Assembly (NCBI GenBank): GCA_963705725.1
Contig: CAVPKM010000002.1
Location: forward strand, 1-29,859
Source: an uncultured Gammaproteobacteria bacterium
GTDB lineage: Bacteria; Pseudomonadota; Gammaproteobacteria; UBA6002
Length of the DNA: 29,859 nt
Direction: 5' to 3'
Shown: one piece after another, positions 28,810-29,859 of the stretch
Layout of the letters: each line of letters begins with the position of its first letter
Numbering within the stretch: position 1 is the first letter of the stretch
Translations under genes and position numbers: made by a program
Notes under the pieces: generated by a model
Database searches by the model: none
Seen by the model: the letters and a program-made list of their open reading frames with translations, nothing else
What the model was told of the DNA's origin: nothing

Positions 28810-29727
28810 ATGTTAGAACCAACCGTATATAAAATTAAATTAATAGGTGATCACGGTGTCGGTAAAAGTAGCTTAATACTACGATTTGCAGATAATGCTT
28901 TTACCTCTAGTTATATATCAACCCTCGGGGTAGCTTTTAAAGCAAGATGCATTCAGGTAGATAATACAGAAGTTAAACTACAGGTTTTTGATACTATGTG
29001 GGGAAGAGAAAGATATAGAAATAATTACGAAAATGTAAGGGGTGCTCACGTGGTATTTATTCTATTTGATCTTACAAATCGTGAATCTTTCAATAATTTA
29101 AATAAACACGTACAAGATGTTGAAAGACATGCCCTTGATGGTACCCCTACCATTATTATCGGAACTAAAAGTGATTTACCTGGAAATAAAATAGACAGTA
29201 GTGAAGCTCAAGATTATTGCAATCAACTCAACTTTCCCTATTTTGAAACTAGTGCAAAAGAGGGGATTAATGTTGATGAAGTTTTTATTTTCGCTGCGAG
29301 GATAATTCTTGATCCTAAAATATATGCCAACTATGAAATGGAAGGGCAAGCTTTATCTCAGGACATGACATTAAATCAACAACAGTATTTTTGCAAATTG
29401 AATGATTTGTGGTCACAAAAAGATTCTGATTCTGAGCTTGATAAAGTCAAGGCCGTGCTTGATGATTATACCTGCAATAATTCAGTCGTAGGTCGATTAT
29501 TTTCAGGACGTTGGGCGTCCTATGCTGGATTAGTGAATAGCCTATCTGAGTCTATTAACCTTGGAGTGATTAAAGAAACACAGGCAGTGATAACACTTCT
29601 GGAAGATAAAACTTCTGGCCGAAATACAGAAGGCGATATAGAAACAATCATTCGATTTTTAAAATTTAAATTAGTGCCTATGCCTATGGCGCTACAAGGT
29701 GGGTCAAGCCCAGGAAATTATAAATAG
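28810..29727 (+). CDS. Rab1-like small GTPase domain fused to a C-terminal helical domain; candidate effector
   Basis: GDHGVGKSS (G1), LRFADN, YISTLGVAF (switch I), KLQVFDT, RGAH, TKSD (G4), FETSAK (G5). ~130-aa extension, no C-terminal Cys prenylation motif. GAGG RBS. Confidence 0.9.
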   Translation: MLEPTVYKIKLIGDHGVGKSSLILRFADNAFTSSYISTLGVAFKARCIQVDNTEVKLQVFDTMWGRERYRNNYENVRGAHVVFILFDLTNRESFNNLNKHVQDVERHALDGTPTIIIGTKSDLPGNKIDSSEAQDYCNQLNFPYFETSAKEGINVDEVFIFAARIILDPKIYANYEMEGQALSQDMTLNQQQYFCKLNDLWSQKDSDSELDKVKAVLDDYTCNNSVVGRLFSGRWASYAGLVNSLSESINLGVIKETQAVITLLEDKTSGRNTEGDIETIIRFLKFKLVPMPMALQGGSSPGNYK

Positions 29728-29740
29728 TATTATTGGGGTG

Positions 29741-29772
29741 AAAAGGGCGAATGATTGCTCATTCACCCTTTT
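29741..29772 (+). terminator. Hairpin downstream of the Rab-like gene (terminator or REP-like palindrome)
   Basis: AAAAGGGCGAATGA-TTGC-TCATTCACCCTTTT, 14-bp arms with one mismatch. Confidence 0.7.
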
Positions 29773-29859
29773 AAGAGGTAGGTCAGGGTCTGAAAATAAC
29801 TTTATAAATAAAGTTATTACGTGTTGTCCGAAGACAATTCGGTAGTGAGATTAGATTTC

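Overview
AT-rich gammaproteobacterial chromosome segment, most likely Legionellales (Coxiella/Legionella-like). This is inferred from the pfp-mpl / lssY-like-lipA-lipB-ybeD-dacA gene order and from several eukaryote-like, effector-like ORFs. The housekeeping backbone is glnA (5'-truncated), PPi-type PFK, mpl, a DedA-PAP2-LssY fusion, lipA, lipB, ybeD, dacA, rlmB, dsbD, an RMD1-family gene, an ABC-F ATPase and groES-groEL (sigma32 promoter plus a CIRCE-like operator). Three accessory blocks stand out. (1) A translationally coupled five-gene operon (papain/C39-like Cys peptidase, RimK-like ATP-grasp ligase, GCS2 carboxylate-amine ligase, N-formylglutamate amidohydrolase, Bcr/CflA MFS exporter) behind a perfect 12-bp inverted repeat. 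It is the best candidate for an uncharacterised gamma-glutamyl/peptide metabolite synthesis-and-export system. (2) An effector-like island containing a frameshift-split ~1,300-aa helical-repeat protein, an aminoglycoside adenylyltransferase remnant and an F-box protein. (3) A Rab1-like GTPase with rewired switch II/G4 motifs fused to a Legionellales-type C-terminal domain. The three effector-like genes share a PmrA/CpxR-like promoter architecture. All calls come from reading motifs by eye; no searches were run.
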